This document shows positions 1-8,268 of a stretch of DNA of 38,947 bases, piece after piece. The translations under genes and the position numbers were made by a program. This DNA is from Bacillota bacterium (GTDB lineage Bacteria > Bacillota > Thermincolia > Thermincolales > CAZWUW01), in NCBI GenBank assembly GCA_049324975.1, contig JBMOPI010000238.1:1-38947 (forward strand), given 5' to 3'. The notes under the pieces are model-generated. The model made no database searches and was not told where the DNA came from. It worked only from the letters and a program-made list of their open reading frames with translations. Each line of letters begins with the position of its first letter. The stretch's first letter is position 1.

Positions 1-617
1 TGGGGCTGGAAAAGGTCCTGGATGCGGATAAAGTGGTGAATGTACCGGGGTGCCCTGCCCATCCCGACTGGATTGTCGCCACCCTGCTGCATGCGGCGCT
101 GTACGGGAAGCCGGAAATAGACGATTTTGGCAGGCCGCGGGTTTTTTTCGGTGGGTTGATCCATAATAATTGTCCCCGCCGGCAGTATTTTGACAACAGT
201 ATTTTTGCCGAAAATTTTGGTGAAGAGGGCTGCCTTTTGGAGCTCGGCTGTAAAGGACCGCTGACCCACGGCGATTGCCCCACCAGGTTATGGAACCGGG
301 GCCGGAACTGGTGTGTGGGCGGGGAAGGCCCGTGTACCGGTTGCACAGAACCGAGTTTCCCCCAGCTGATGATGCCTTTTTACAGCCGGATGCCGGATAT
401 CTCGGGACCGGGTATCCGCTCTTCGGCAGATACTGTCGGCATTGCCCTCGGGGCCGCCACCGGTGTGGGACTGGCCGCCCACCTGGTTGGGAACATACTG
501 ACCGGGCGGGTAGGGTCCCGTCGTGGGAGGTATTCGCTTAAGTCGAATACCGGTACGCCGGCAGGTGTTCCGGACAAGACCCTGGCCGTCGCGCCGGATA
601 AGGACGGTGAAGCCTGA
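1..617 (+). CDS. [NiFe]-hydrogenase small subunit, C-terminal part (5'-partial, enters from upstream)
   Basis: Frame 3 is open from nt 3 (GLEKVLDADKVVNVPGCPAHPDW...), so the GTG at 33 in the ORF track is not the true start. Small-subunit FeS motifs are present: GCPxxP, HNNCPRR, GCLLELGCKGPLTHGDCPTRLWN, CTGCTEPSFP. A C-terminal hydrophobic anchor is present (VGIALGAATGVGLAAHLVGNIL). The stop overlaps the next start (TGATG). Confidence 0.85.
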   Translation, partial: GLEKVLDADKVVNVPGCPAHPDWIVATLLHAALYGKPEIDDFGRPRVFFGGLIHNNCPRRQYFDNSIFAENFGEEGCLLELGCKGPLTHGDCPTRLWNRGRNWCVGGEGPCTGCTEPSFPQLMMPFYSRMPDISGPGIRSSADTVGIALGAATGVGLAAHLVGNILTGRVGSRRGRYSLKSNTGTPAGVPDKTLAVAPDKDGEA

Positions 618-1954
618 TGGGCCAATGGGTTACAATTCATCCCATTCTCCGGGAAAACATCCCCTACTCCCTGGAGGTGGAAATTGACGGGGGCAGGGTA
701 ATCAATGCCAGGTGTGGAGCTGCCGCCTTCTGGGGGTTGGAAACGGCTTTGGCCGGGAAGCATCCTTTTGATGCGCTGCAGGTGGTCCAGCGGTTCAATG
801 CCAACGCCGGGGTATCCCATGCCATTGCGGCGGCAGCAGGTTTTGAAAGGCTGCTACAGGTAGCCCCTGCCGGCAACAGCCGGCTGCTGCGGAATATTTT
901 GCAGGGCCTCGAGTTTATCCACTCCCATATTACGCATTTTTATCAGGGGGTGCTGCCGGATTTCCTGGACATTGCCGGTGCTCCCGCGGCGGGGGAAAAC
1001 CTACCGCCGGCGGTTGGCAAAGACTTAAGGGAGCATTACTGGCAGTCCTTTGAAACACTGGCTGTTATACACCGGGCCATGGCCGTATTCGGCGGCAGGA
1101 TGCCCTGCCTGACGAGCATCGTCCCCGGCGGGGTGGCGGTGCGGCCGGATTACCAGAAGGTTTTTGAAATACAGTCACACAGAAAGGCCGTTTTGCGATT
1201 TATCCGGGATACATACATAAAAGATGTGGAAAACCTGTTTGTTATTTTCCGCGAATATACAGGGGTCGGGGCCGGATCCCGGCGGATGCTGGCTATGGGA
1301 GCTTTTCCGTTGAGGGACGGGAAGGATGGCCGGCAGATGTTTTTCCCGCCCGGGACATCCCCCGGTGCCAGTGCGCCGCCGGATATTAATAAGCTGTCCG
1401 AAGACACGGCTTATACCTGGTTTAAGGGCGTTTCCGGCAGTCCGGGGGCGCTGCCCGAACCGGAGTTGAAGGACCGGGCCTATTCGTGGCTGCCTGTGCT
1501 AAAATTTGAAGAACAGCGCTGGGAAACAGGGCCCCTGGCCAGAATGACCATGGCCGGGGAAGAGAGGACGGCCCGGTTGGGTGTTCAGGCATACTCAGCG
1601 GCGGGCCGGCACTTGGCCAGAGCCTACGAAAGCTTATGGCTGGCAGAAAAAATGGAAGAATGGATAGACGGGCTCAAGCCCGGAAAGCCTGCGCTAACCG
1701 GAGAATTTAAGGTGCCGGAGGAAGGGGAAGGCTGGGCGGTGGCGGAAAGTCCCGCCGGATCAGTAGTCCACCGTTTCCGCCTGCAGGCCGGAAGGATAGA
1801 ATTTTACCGGGTTTTTGGCGCCGCGGCCTGGAACCTTTCCCCGCGGGACAGCGGTGAGCGTATGGGCCCGCTGGAAGAAGCCCTCATCGGTACACCGGTG
1901 GCCAATCCGCAGGACCCTGCGGAGGTGCTGAGGGTATTCAGGGCGTTTACTTAA
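617..1954 (+). CDS. [NiFe]-hydrogenase large-subunit homolog lacking the Ni-Fe cysteine ligands (445 aa)
   Basis: The ORF is colinear by eye with group-1 large subunits (VTIHPILRE..LEVEIDGGRVINA..FWGLETALAGKHPFDA...). The RxCGxCxxxH box reads RFNANAGVSH (nt 791-820). The ORF ends ...PAEVLRVFRAFT-TAA, just where DPCxxCxxH should start. It is translationally coupled to the small-subunit gene. Confidence 0.8.
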   Translation: MGQWVTIHPILRENIPYSLEVEIDGGRVINARCGAAAFWGLETALAGKHPFDALQVVQRFNANAGVSHAIAAAAGFERLLQVAPAGNSRLLRNILQGLEFIHSHITHFYQGVLPDFLDIAGAPAAGENLPPAVGKDLREHYWQSFETLAVIHRAMAVFGGRMPCLTSIVPGGVAVRPDYQKVFEIQSHRKAVLRFIRDTYIKDVENLFVIFREYTGVGAGSRRMLAMGAFPLRDGKDGRQMFFPPGTSPGASAPPDINKLSEDTAYTWFKGVSGSPGALPEPELKDRAYSWLPVLKFEEQRWETGPLARMTMAGEERTARLGVQAYSAAGRHLARAYESLWLAEKMEEWIDGLKPGKPALTGEFKVPEEGEGWAVAESPAGSVVHRFRLQAGRIEFYRVFGAAAWNLSPRDSGERMGPLEEALIGTPVANPQDPAEVLRVFRAFT

Positions 1955-1966
1955 GGAGGGTGCCTG

Positions 1967-2611
1967 ATGGGTCAGGGGATACTTTACCATACCGCCACAG
2001 CGCGGATTCTGCATTGGATAAATACGCTTTCTGTAGTTATGCTGACACTGACCGGTTTTTATATCCACTGGCCGTTGAAGTTTTCCCTGTTTTCCGGGAT
2101 GGATTCGGCACGCAAGCTGCATTTCATTTTTATGTATGTCGTTGTTTACGGTATAGTGATACGTGTATACTATGCCTGGGTGTCCGGGGATTATAGGGAT
2201 ATTATGTTTCGCCCGGCCGATATCAGGGGTCTGCCTGCGCTGGCCAGGTACTACTTTTTTATGACAAAAAGCCTGCCTGATTTCGGCAAGTATAACCCGG
2301 GCCAAAAACTGACTTATACCGGCTGGACGCTGTTGATTATAGTGCAGGCTGTAACCGGCTTTATTCTCTATTGGCCTACACGGCTGGCCTGGTTGGCTGA
2401 GCCCCTGGGTGGCATGATGATGATGCGTCAGGTCCACTACCTGGTTACCTGGATTTTCGTTGCTACCGTGGGTTTACATGTCTACCTGGGTTTCCTTGGC
2501 GGGCCGGCGGTGCTTAAATCAATAATCACCGGTTATATGTCTGCAGGGGCACATATGCAGCCTGATTCCGGGGAGGCCGGTACCGACCGGCTGATGACTT
2601 TGAGGAGCTGA
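1967..2611 (+). CDS. Ni/Fe-hydrogenase b-type cytochrome subunit (HyaC/CybH family)
   Basis: The 214-aa protein has about four TM helices. The N-terminus YHTATARILHWINTLSVVMLTLTGFYIHWP is typical of the family, with conserved His residues in the helices. An AAGGAGGG RBS lies 6 nt upstream. The position after the small and large subunits fits. Confidence 0.8.
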   Translation: MGQGILYHTATARILHWINTLSVVMLTLTGFYIHWPLKFSLFSGMDSARKLHFIFMYVVVYGIVIRVYYAWVSGDYRDIMFRPADIRGLPALARYYFFMTKSLPDFGKYNPGQKLTYTGWTLLIIVQAVTGFILYWPTRLAWLAEPLGGMMMMRQVHYLVTWIFVATVGLHVYLGFLGGPAVLKSIITGYMSAGAHMQPDSGEAGTDRLMTLRS

Positions 2612-2616
2612 AATAA

Positions 2617-2958
2617 ATGCACGAGATGTCCCTTATGGCCAGTATTTTTGACATTATCGGCCGCAACCTGGAAGCATACCCGGGGGCCAGGGTGAAAAAA
2701 GTGAAGCTGGTGGTGGGCGCCATGACTAACGTGGTGCCCGATGCCATGCAGATGGCCTTTGAAGCTATGGTCAGGGGCACGCCGGCTGAAGGGGCCGAAT
2801 TGACCATTGAGGAAGTTCCGCTGACTGCCCGCTGTCACGAATGTAAGTGGCAGGGAGAGATCGAAGAGTACAGGTTTTTTTGCCCCGCCTGTTCGTCACC
2901 GCAGCTGGAGCTTCTGACCGGCCGGGAACTATACATTGAAAGTCTGGAGGTTGAGTAA
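2617..2958 (+). CDS. hypA: hydrogenase nickel-insertion protein HypA
   Basis: The 113-aa protein has the N-terminal MHE Ni-binding motif (MHEMSL) and the zinc site CHEC-x12-CPAC. A GAGGAG RBS is present. Confidence 0.9.
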   Translation: MHEMSLMASIFDIIGRNLEAYPGARVKKVKLVVGAMTNVVPDAMQMAFEAMVRGTPAEGAELTIEEVPLTARCHECKWQGEIEEYRFFCPACSSPQLELLTGRELYIESLEVE

Positions 2959-3617
2959 TGGAAATAAAAATTGGCGCAGGCATTCTGGATGTAAATCAGG
3001 CAACTGCGGAGAGCAACCGGCAGGTTTTTGACCGGCACGGCGCCGTGGCGGTCAATTTGATGGGCTCACCGGGAGCGGGTAAAACAACCCTGTTGGAAAA
3101 AACCATCGACACATTGAAAGACCGGCTAAAGATGGCGGTAATTGAAGGAGATATTTATACTTCCAAAGACGCTGTGCGCATTGAAAAACACGGCATCCCC
3201 GTCAGGCAGATCAACACCGGCGGGGCCTGTCACCTGGATGCCCGCATGGTGGAGAAGACTCTGCCCCACTTTGACCTGGCCGGCATCGATTTAATGGTTA
3301 TTGAAAACGTCGGGAACCTGGTTTGCCCGGTGGAATTCAACCTTGGCGAACATTATAAAATTGCGGTGCTCAGCATTACCGAGGGAGACGATAAGCCGCT
3401 GAAATACCCCCTGATCTTTAAAGAGTCGGCGGCGGTGGTATTGAACAAAGTTGACCTGCTCGACTTTACCGATGTGAATATGGATAACCTGCAAAAGGAT
3501 ATTTTAAGCATTAATCCGCAAATCAGGATTTTCCAGGTTTCCGCCCGAACCGGGGCCGGTATCGGTGAATGGGCCGGCTGGCTGGAGGAAATTGCGGGGC
3601 AGCCCGGAGGGGAGTAA
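2958..3617 (+). CDS. hypB: hydrogenase nickel-incorporation GTPase HypB
   Basis: The sequence shows the P-loop GSPGAGKTT, ENVGNLVCP, GGACHLDA (Cys/His metal site) and NKVDL (G4). A TAATG overlap with hypA is present. There is no N-terminal CxxCGC or His-rich tract. Confidence 0.9.
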   Translation: MEIKIGAGILDVNQATAESNRQVFDRHGAVAVNLMGSPGAGKTTLLEKTIDTLKDRLKMAVIEGDIYTSKDAVRIEKHGIPVRQINTGGACHLDARMVEKTLPHFDLAGIDLMVIENVGNLVCPVEFNLGEHYKIAVLSITEGDDKPLKYPLIFKESAAVVLNKVDLLDFTDVNMDNLQKDILSINPQIRIFQVSARTGAGIGEWAGWLEEIAGQPGGE

Positions 3618-3621
3618 GGCG

Positions 3622-4338
3622 ATGAATATCGTTGACCTGATTATTTTGGCGGTGCTTGGTTACGCGTTTTACAAAGGGTACAAAAAAGGGTTGGCGGCGA
3701 GTATCGCCGGCTTAGTAGGACACCTTGTCGGCCTTGTTACGGCTTATATATTAAGCACACCGGTGGCCCGCGTGCTGGACCGTTCTTTTAACCTGGTGAA
3801 AGGGCTTATACCATGGTTTAATGAACAGTTAGCCCTGCCGGTTGGGGCAAGACCGGTTAAGATTTCACGTATTCCTTTTGATCAGGCGGAAAAAATGATT
3901 AATGACTACGATCTGCCGGCAATATTTAAGAATATTATGCTGAGTTACATAGATGAAGTGGAACAAATGCCCGTCACCCACGGCATCAACACCTTGGGAG
4001 AGGCCGTAGCTTACCTTGTAGGTAACTTTATTTTGACGTCAATCGTTTTTCTTTTGGTTTTTGGTATAACCTCCTGGATTATCGGCAGGGTTATCCCCCG
4101 TTTTTTGAAGAAGGCCAGTCCTGCCCCGGTTAACCTGTTTGACCATCTTGCCGGCGCGGGATTAAGAACGGTAGGTGCGGCTGTAAGCATAGCGGTTTCC
4201 CTTGGCGTGGTCCTGCCCATTTTTTCCGTTGGTTTGCTTAAGGACCGCGGTTCGATATTATCCGCCTTCGCCGTGCTTATCCAAAACTCGAAAATTGCCA
4301 ATATGTTCACACAGGCCGTTATACAGGTAATATCCTGA
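3622..4338 (+). CDS. CvpA-family integral membrane protein
   Basis: The N-terminus MNIVDLIILAVLGYAFYKGYKKG is typical of CvpA, and several TM helices follow. I chose the ATG at 3622 (GGAGGGGAG RBS upstream) rather than the ORF-track start at 3565, which lies inside hypB. Confidence 0.65.
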   Translation: MNIVDLIILAVLGYAFYKGYKKGLAASIAGLVGHLVGLVTAYILSTPVARVLDRSFNLVKGLIPWFNEQLALPVGARPVKISRIPFDQAEKMINDYDLPAIFKNIMLSYIDEVEQMPVTHGINTLGEAVAYLVGNFILTSIVFLLVFGITSWIIGRVIPRFLKKASPAPVNLFDHLAGAGLRTVGAAVSIAVSLGVVLPIFSVGLLKDRGSILSAFAVLIQNSKIANMFTQAVIQVIS

Positions 4339-4401
4339 TTTATTGCTTTAAAAAACGGTCTGCAGGGTCATACTAAGGCATATTATAATTTGGAGGTTAC
4401 C

Positions 4402-5853
4402 ATGGATAAAGAAGGCAAAAAAAAGGTTAATAAAATTAAAGAACAATTGAGTTTTGACCAGCAACTGGTATGGGACCGCCTTTCCCCCGCCGAGCGGGAG
4501 GAGGTCCTGCGGTTTTCGGAGGACTATAAAAAGTTTTTGGATACCGGGAAAACTGAGCGGGAATCGGTCCGGGAAATCATCCGCCGGGCAGAAGAAGCCG
4601 GCTTTGTATCCCTTGAAGAAATATTGTCCAAGGGCAAGAAAATCCGTCCGGGTAACAAGGTTTACACCCAAAACCGGGAAAAGAACGTGGCCCTGGCAGT
4701 TATCGGCAGTGAACCCTTATGGCACGGGATGAATATTATTGGATCGCATGTGGATGCGCCGCGGCTGGACTTAAAACCCAACCCCCTTTATGAGGACCAG
4801 AACCTGGCCTTAATGAAAACCCATTATTACGGCGGCATCAAAAAGTACCAGTGGCCGGGTGTGCCGCTGGCCCTGCATGGTGTGGTGATCAGGGAAAACG
4901 GTGAAAAGATAACCATTATCCTGGGAGAAGACGGTACAGACCCGGTATTTACCATTACTGACCTGCTGCCGCACCTGGCCAAAGAACAGATGGAGAAAAA
5001 ACTGAGTGAAGCTATACCGGGTGAGGGTTTGAATATTATCGTGGGCGGCCTGCCGCTGGAGGACAAGGAGGCCAAGGAACGCATCAAAATGGCCGTGCTG
5101 CAGGCGCTGAACAAAAAATACGGTATTGTGGAAGAGGATTTCATCAGCGCCGAACTGGAACTGGTTCCGGCGGGACCGGCCAGGGATATCGGCTTTGACC
5201 GCAGCCTGCTGGGCGGGTACGGTCAGGATGACCGGGTATGTGCCTATACTTCCCTGCGGGCGGTACTGGACCTGACGAACCCGGCGTATACTGCCGTGGC
5301 ACTGTTTGTCGACAAGGAGGAGATCGGCAGTACCGGCAACACCGGGATGCGGTCCCGTTTCTTTGAAAATACCGTGGCCGAACTCCTGTACCTGGCTGCC
5401 GGGGATTACAACGAAATATACTGCCGGCGGGCGCTGGCCGATTCCCGCGCTTTATCTGCTGACGTAAGTGTGGCAGTGGACCCTAACTACGAGGGTGTAC
5501 TGGATAAATACAACGCCGCCAGGATGGGCGCCGGGGTGGTTATGACCAAGTATACCGGGGCTGGCGGCAAAGTCTCCACCAGTGACGCCAATGCCGAGTT
5601 TGTGGCTGCCGTGCGCCGGGTATTCAACGGGAACAAAGTAGTCTGGCAGTCCGGTGAACTGGGTAAAGTGGACGCCGGCGGCGGGGGCACTATCGCCCAG
5701 TTTATTGCCCGCTACGGCATGGATGTGCTGGACTGCGGCGTGGCGCTGCTGGGCATGCATTCTCCCTTCGAGGTGGCGCATAAGGCTGATATTTACATGT
5801 GTTATAAAGCATACCTGGCTTTTTATGAGGATATGAAAAGAAATCCAGTCTGA
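4402..5853 (+). CDS. M18-family aminopeptidase
   Basis: Motifs GSHVDAPRLDLKPNP, YGQDDRVC, DKEEIGS and GMHSPFE match the M18 aminopeptidase pattern. The ATG at 4402 lies 5 nt after GGAGG (4392-4396). The TTG at 4390 in the track sits on the RBS itself. Confidence 0.8.
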   Translation: MDKEGKKKVNKIKEQLSFDQQLVWDRLSPAEREEVLRFSEDYKKFLDTGKTERESVREIIRRAEEAGFVSLEEILSKGKKIRPGNKVYTQNREKNVALAVIGSEPLWHGMNIIGSHVDAPRLDLKPNPLYEDQNLALMKTHYYGGIKKYQWPGVPLALHGVVIRENGEKITIILGEDGTDPVFTITDLLPHLAKEQMEKKLSEAIPGEGLNIIVGGLPLEDKEAKERIKMAVLQALNKKYGIVEEDFISAELELVPAGPARDIGFDRSLLGGYGQDDRVCAYTSLRAVLDLTNPAYTAVALFVDKEEIGSTGNTGMRSRFFENTVAELLYLAAGDYNEIYCRRALADSRALSADVSVAVDPNYEGVLDKYNAARMGAGVVMTKYTGAGGKVSTSDANAEFVAAVRRVFNGNKVVWQSGELGKVDAGGGGTIAQFIARYGMDVLDCGVALLGMHSPFEVAHKADIYMCYKAYLAFYEDMKRNPV

Positions 5854-5868
5854 CCGGCTGGATTTTCT
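5842..5868 (+). terminator. putative rho-independent terminator of the aminopeptidase gene
   Basis: The stem AATCCAG/CTGGATT is followed by TTTTC and overlaps the stop codon. Confidence 0.5.
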
Positions 5869-5869
5869 T

Positions 5870-5904
5870 ATGGCTGCCCCCGCGCTTCGCTCCGGCGAAG
5901 CCAT
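5870..5904. repeat. palindromic intergenic repeat, variant copy (family described in findings)
   Basis: The sequence ATGGCT-GCCCCCGC-GCTTCGC-TCCG-GCGAAGCCAT has the same nested architecture as the copies at 10271 and 33272. Confidence 0.55.
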
Positions 5905-5978
5905 CGGCAGGATTTGGCCCGGTAACGTCGAAGATAGACTTAAATTCGTGGTAACGTCAGTCGGGGGAGGAAACGGTT

Positions 5979-7016
5979 TTGTGGTATTTTGCGGTGTTGG
6001 TCCTGGCGGCCGGAGCCTTCTTTTGGTGGTTCCGCCGTAAAAAAAGTTCAGCTGGGGCCGGTGGTCAGAACACTGCCGGCCAAAAGGTCTTATCCGATCT
6101 GGAGCGGGGCGTGCCGGAAAAATTTTTGGCCGCAGTAAGGAAATCAGATATGGAAACCGTTGGCCTGGTAGTGGATAATCTTGACAAATACGAACCGGCC
6201 GTCCGCAGCCGGGTTATCCTTCAGCTAGAGCAGGAAGGCGTGGTTGAAAGTTATATCGACTGGCTCCGAGGTAAAGATATTGAACAGAAGAAGGTTGCCG
6301 CCCGCAGACTTGCGTATATCGGTTCTCCCCGGGCGGTAATGCCACTGGTAGAGGCCGTCGCTGACAAAAACGAAGAGGTCCGTCTTACGGCAGCCGGTGC
6401 ACTCAAGCGCATAAAAGATCCGGCCGGTATCGAGCCCCTTATCAGGGCGCTCAAGGAACCCATGAAATGGCTGCCGGCCAGAATTGCGGAGGTGTTGGTG
6501 GAACTGGGGCCGTTGGCTTTGCCGGCTCTGCTTGCCGGCTTGGATGACCCGGACCCGGAATTCAAATGCTATATTATTGAAATTCTCGGGGAGACAGGTA
6601 ATCCGGAGAGTTTAAGCAAACTGGCCGGGGTCTTGCGGGACCAAAACCCCGTAATCCGGGCAAAGACAGCTGCAGCTATGGGCAATATCGGCAGCAGCGG
6701 GGCCGTACAAGCGCTCCTCGGGGCGCTTTTGGATACTGATAAAAATGTGCGGAACCAGGCGGTGCTGGCTCTGCGGCGGATTGGCAGCCCGGCGGCGGTG
6801 GCCGGCTTGGCCGGTGTGACAACCGACCCGGATAAATTTGTGCGTACCAATGCGGTGGAGGCGCTGGGCAAACTCGGTGATACCGGCCGGGCAGTATTGC
6901 GGCAGATTGCCGGCGATCCCGGGCATCCCGAAAAAGACCGTGCCATAGCCATCTTGCAGAAACAGGGTAGCAAAAATGAAGCAAAGGTTAATATTTTATA
7001 CCATAGGAAAGTATAA
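5979..7016 (+). CDS. HEAT-repeat (PBS-lyase-type) protein with N-terminal TM anchor
   Basis: An N-terminal helix WYFAVLVLAAGAFFWWF is followed by repeated ~31-aa units of the form D.D..VR..AA.ALG.IG...AV..L (at least 6). The start is TTG with a GGGGGAGG RBS upstream. Confidence 0.75.
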   Translation: MWYFAVLVLAAGAFFWWFRRKKSSAGAGGQNTAGQKVLSDLERGVPEKFLAAVRKSDMETVGLVVDNLDKYEPAVRSRVILQLEQEGVVESYIDWLRGKDIEQKKVAARRLAYIGSPRAVMPLVEAVADKNEEVRLTAAGALKRIKDPAGIEPLIRALKEPMKWLPARIAEVLVELGPLALPALLAGLDDPDPEFKCYIIEILGETGNPESLSKLAGVLRDQNPVIRAKTAAAMGNIGSSGAVQALLGALLDTDKNVRNQAVLALRRIGSPAAVAGLAGVTTDPDKFVRTNAVEALGKLGDTGRAVLRQIAGDPGHPEKDRAIAILQKQGSKNEAKVNILYHRKV

Positions 7017-7040
7017 ACGCGCCAGCGAAGCCTTTTTAAT
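7006..7040. repeat. palindromic intergenic repeat, internally deleted copy overlapping the HEAT-gene stop codon
   Basis: GGAAAGTATAAACGCGC+CAGCGAAGCCTTTTTAAT equals the two ends of the 33272-33342 copy, joined at a CGCGC pentamer. Confidence 0.7.
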
Positions 7041-7086
7041 ATAAATAGAATAGGTACGGTAAAGTAGTTTTACACAGGAGGGGACA

Positions 7087-7965
7087 ATGAAAATAGCTGT
7101 CTTGGAATTATGGCACAACCAGGTTTTCAGGGAGTATTTACTGCCTATCGCGGGCTACCTGGTGGCGGCTTTCATAGGCATTAAGATCGGTGACTTCATT
7201 ATCAACAAAATCTTCCGGCCACGGGAAAAACTATATTTCGACGAGCGCCGGGTCAACACCATGCGTACTCTGCTGCGCAGCGTGCTCAGGTACGCCGTTT
7301 ATTTTATTTTGATTTTTATGATACTTGAGACGACCGTTAAAGACATCAAAGGGTTTCTGGCCGGCGCCGGGATTATCGGGGTGGCCCTCGGTTTTGGCGC
7401 CCAGAGCCTGGTCCGGGATGTGATTACAGGATTCTTTATTTTATTTGAAAACCAGTATGCTGTGGGGGAATATGTCACCATCGGCAACCTCTCCGGTTTT
7501 GTAGAGGAGATGGAACTTAGGGTGACCAAGCTCCGGGACTGGGGCGGCGAGATGCATTTCATCCCCAACGGCCAGGTGACCACAGTGACAAACTTCAGCC
7601 GGGGCAGTATGCGGGCGTTGGTGGAAATAAGCATTGCTTACGAGGAGGAAATTGACCGGGCCCTGTCGGTATTAAAAAGGGAAGCAGCCGAAATTGCCGG
7701 TGAACTTAAAGAAGTTGTCGAAGAAGGTCCGGAGGTATTGGGAGTAGTGGCTTTAGGCCCTTCGGAAGTGGTGATCAGGGTCGTGGCCAAAACCAAGCCC
7801 ATGGAGCAATGGGCGGTGGAGCGGGAAATGCGGAAGCGGTTCAAAGCGGCCTTTGACCGGGAAGGCATTGAAATTCCTTATCCTAAACGGGTGATGATAA
7901 CACCGCTCGGCAACAATGCGCCGGGCCCGGGCAGGGCCCCGGAAAAACTGAAGGCGCCCGAGTAA
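7087..7965 (+). CDS. mechanosensitive ion channel (MscS family)
   Basis: Three N-terminal TM helices are followed by GAQSLVRDVITGFFILFENQYAVGEYV and a beta-domain (HFIPNGQVTTVTNFS). An AGGAGGGG RBS is present. Confidence 0.85.
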   Translation: MKIAVLELWHNQVFREYLLPIAGYLVAAFIGIKIGDFIINKIFRPREKLYFDERRVNTMRTLLRSVLRYAVYFILIFMILETTVKDIKGFLAGAGIIGVALGFGAQSLVRDVITGFFILFENQYAVGEYVTIGNLSGFVEEMELRVTKLRDWGGEMHFIPNGQVTTVTNFSRGSMRALVEISIAYEEEIDRALSVLKREAAEIAGELKEVVEEGPEVLGVVALGPSEVVIRVVAKTKPMEQWAVEREMRKRFKAAFDREGIEIPYPKRVMITPLGNNAPGPGRAPEKLKAPE

Positions 7966-7979
7966 GGGGGAAAACGGAT

Positions 7980-8192
7980 ATGACTCATAAGTATTTAGTT
8001 GGCGATATAGTAAAAATGCGTAAACAGCATCCCTGCGGCAGCGACGAGTGGGAAGTCATGCGCACAGGGATGGATTTCCGGATTAAATGCCTGGGCTGTG
8101 GGAGACAGGTCATGCTGCCCCGGCCGAAATTTGAAAAAGGTGTGAAGAAGGTGCTGGCGGCTGCTGCCGGGGATGCTACCGGCGGGGAATAA
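7980..8192 (+). CDS. DUF951-family small protein
   Basis: The 70-aa sequence VGDIVKMRKQHPCGSDEWEVMRTGMDFRIKCLGCGRQVMLPRPKFEK has the CxxxxxW...CxxC pattern. It sits in the ychF neighbourhood, as in other Firmicutes. Confidence 0.7.
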   Translation: MTHKYLVGDIVKMRKQHPCGSDEWEVMRTGMDFRIKCLGCGRQVMLPRPKFEKGVKKVLAAAAGDATGGE

Positions 8193-8268
8193 CAGCTGCA
8201 GCGAAGAGATGTTATTTGATACCTTGTTCTTTGTCATAGGTTGACCAACCTAACATGTCCAATACGAT

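Noticed and set aside
1952-1969. The large-subunit stop and the cytochrome b start are in the same frame, which might suggest read-through, selenocysteine recoding or a fusion.
   Set aside because: The stop is TAA, not TGA. A strong AAGGAGGG RBS lies between the two genes, and the intervening codons (GGCL) resemble nothing. The shared frame is most likely coincidental.
3565-3621. The ORF track gives a longer start for the CvpA gene that overlaps hypB.
   Set aside because: The extension (MNGPAGWRKLRGSPEGSKA) is simply the hypB 3' end read in another frame. The canonical CvpA N-terminus begins at the ATG at 3622, which has an RBS.
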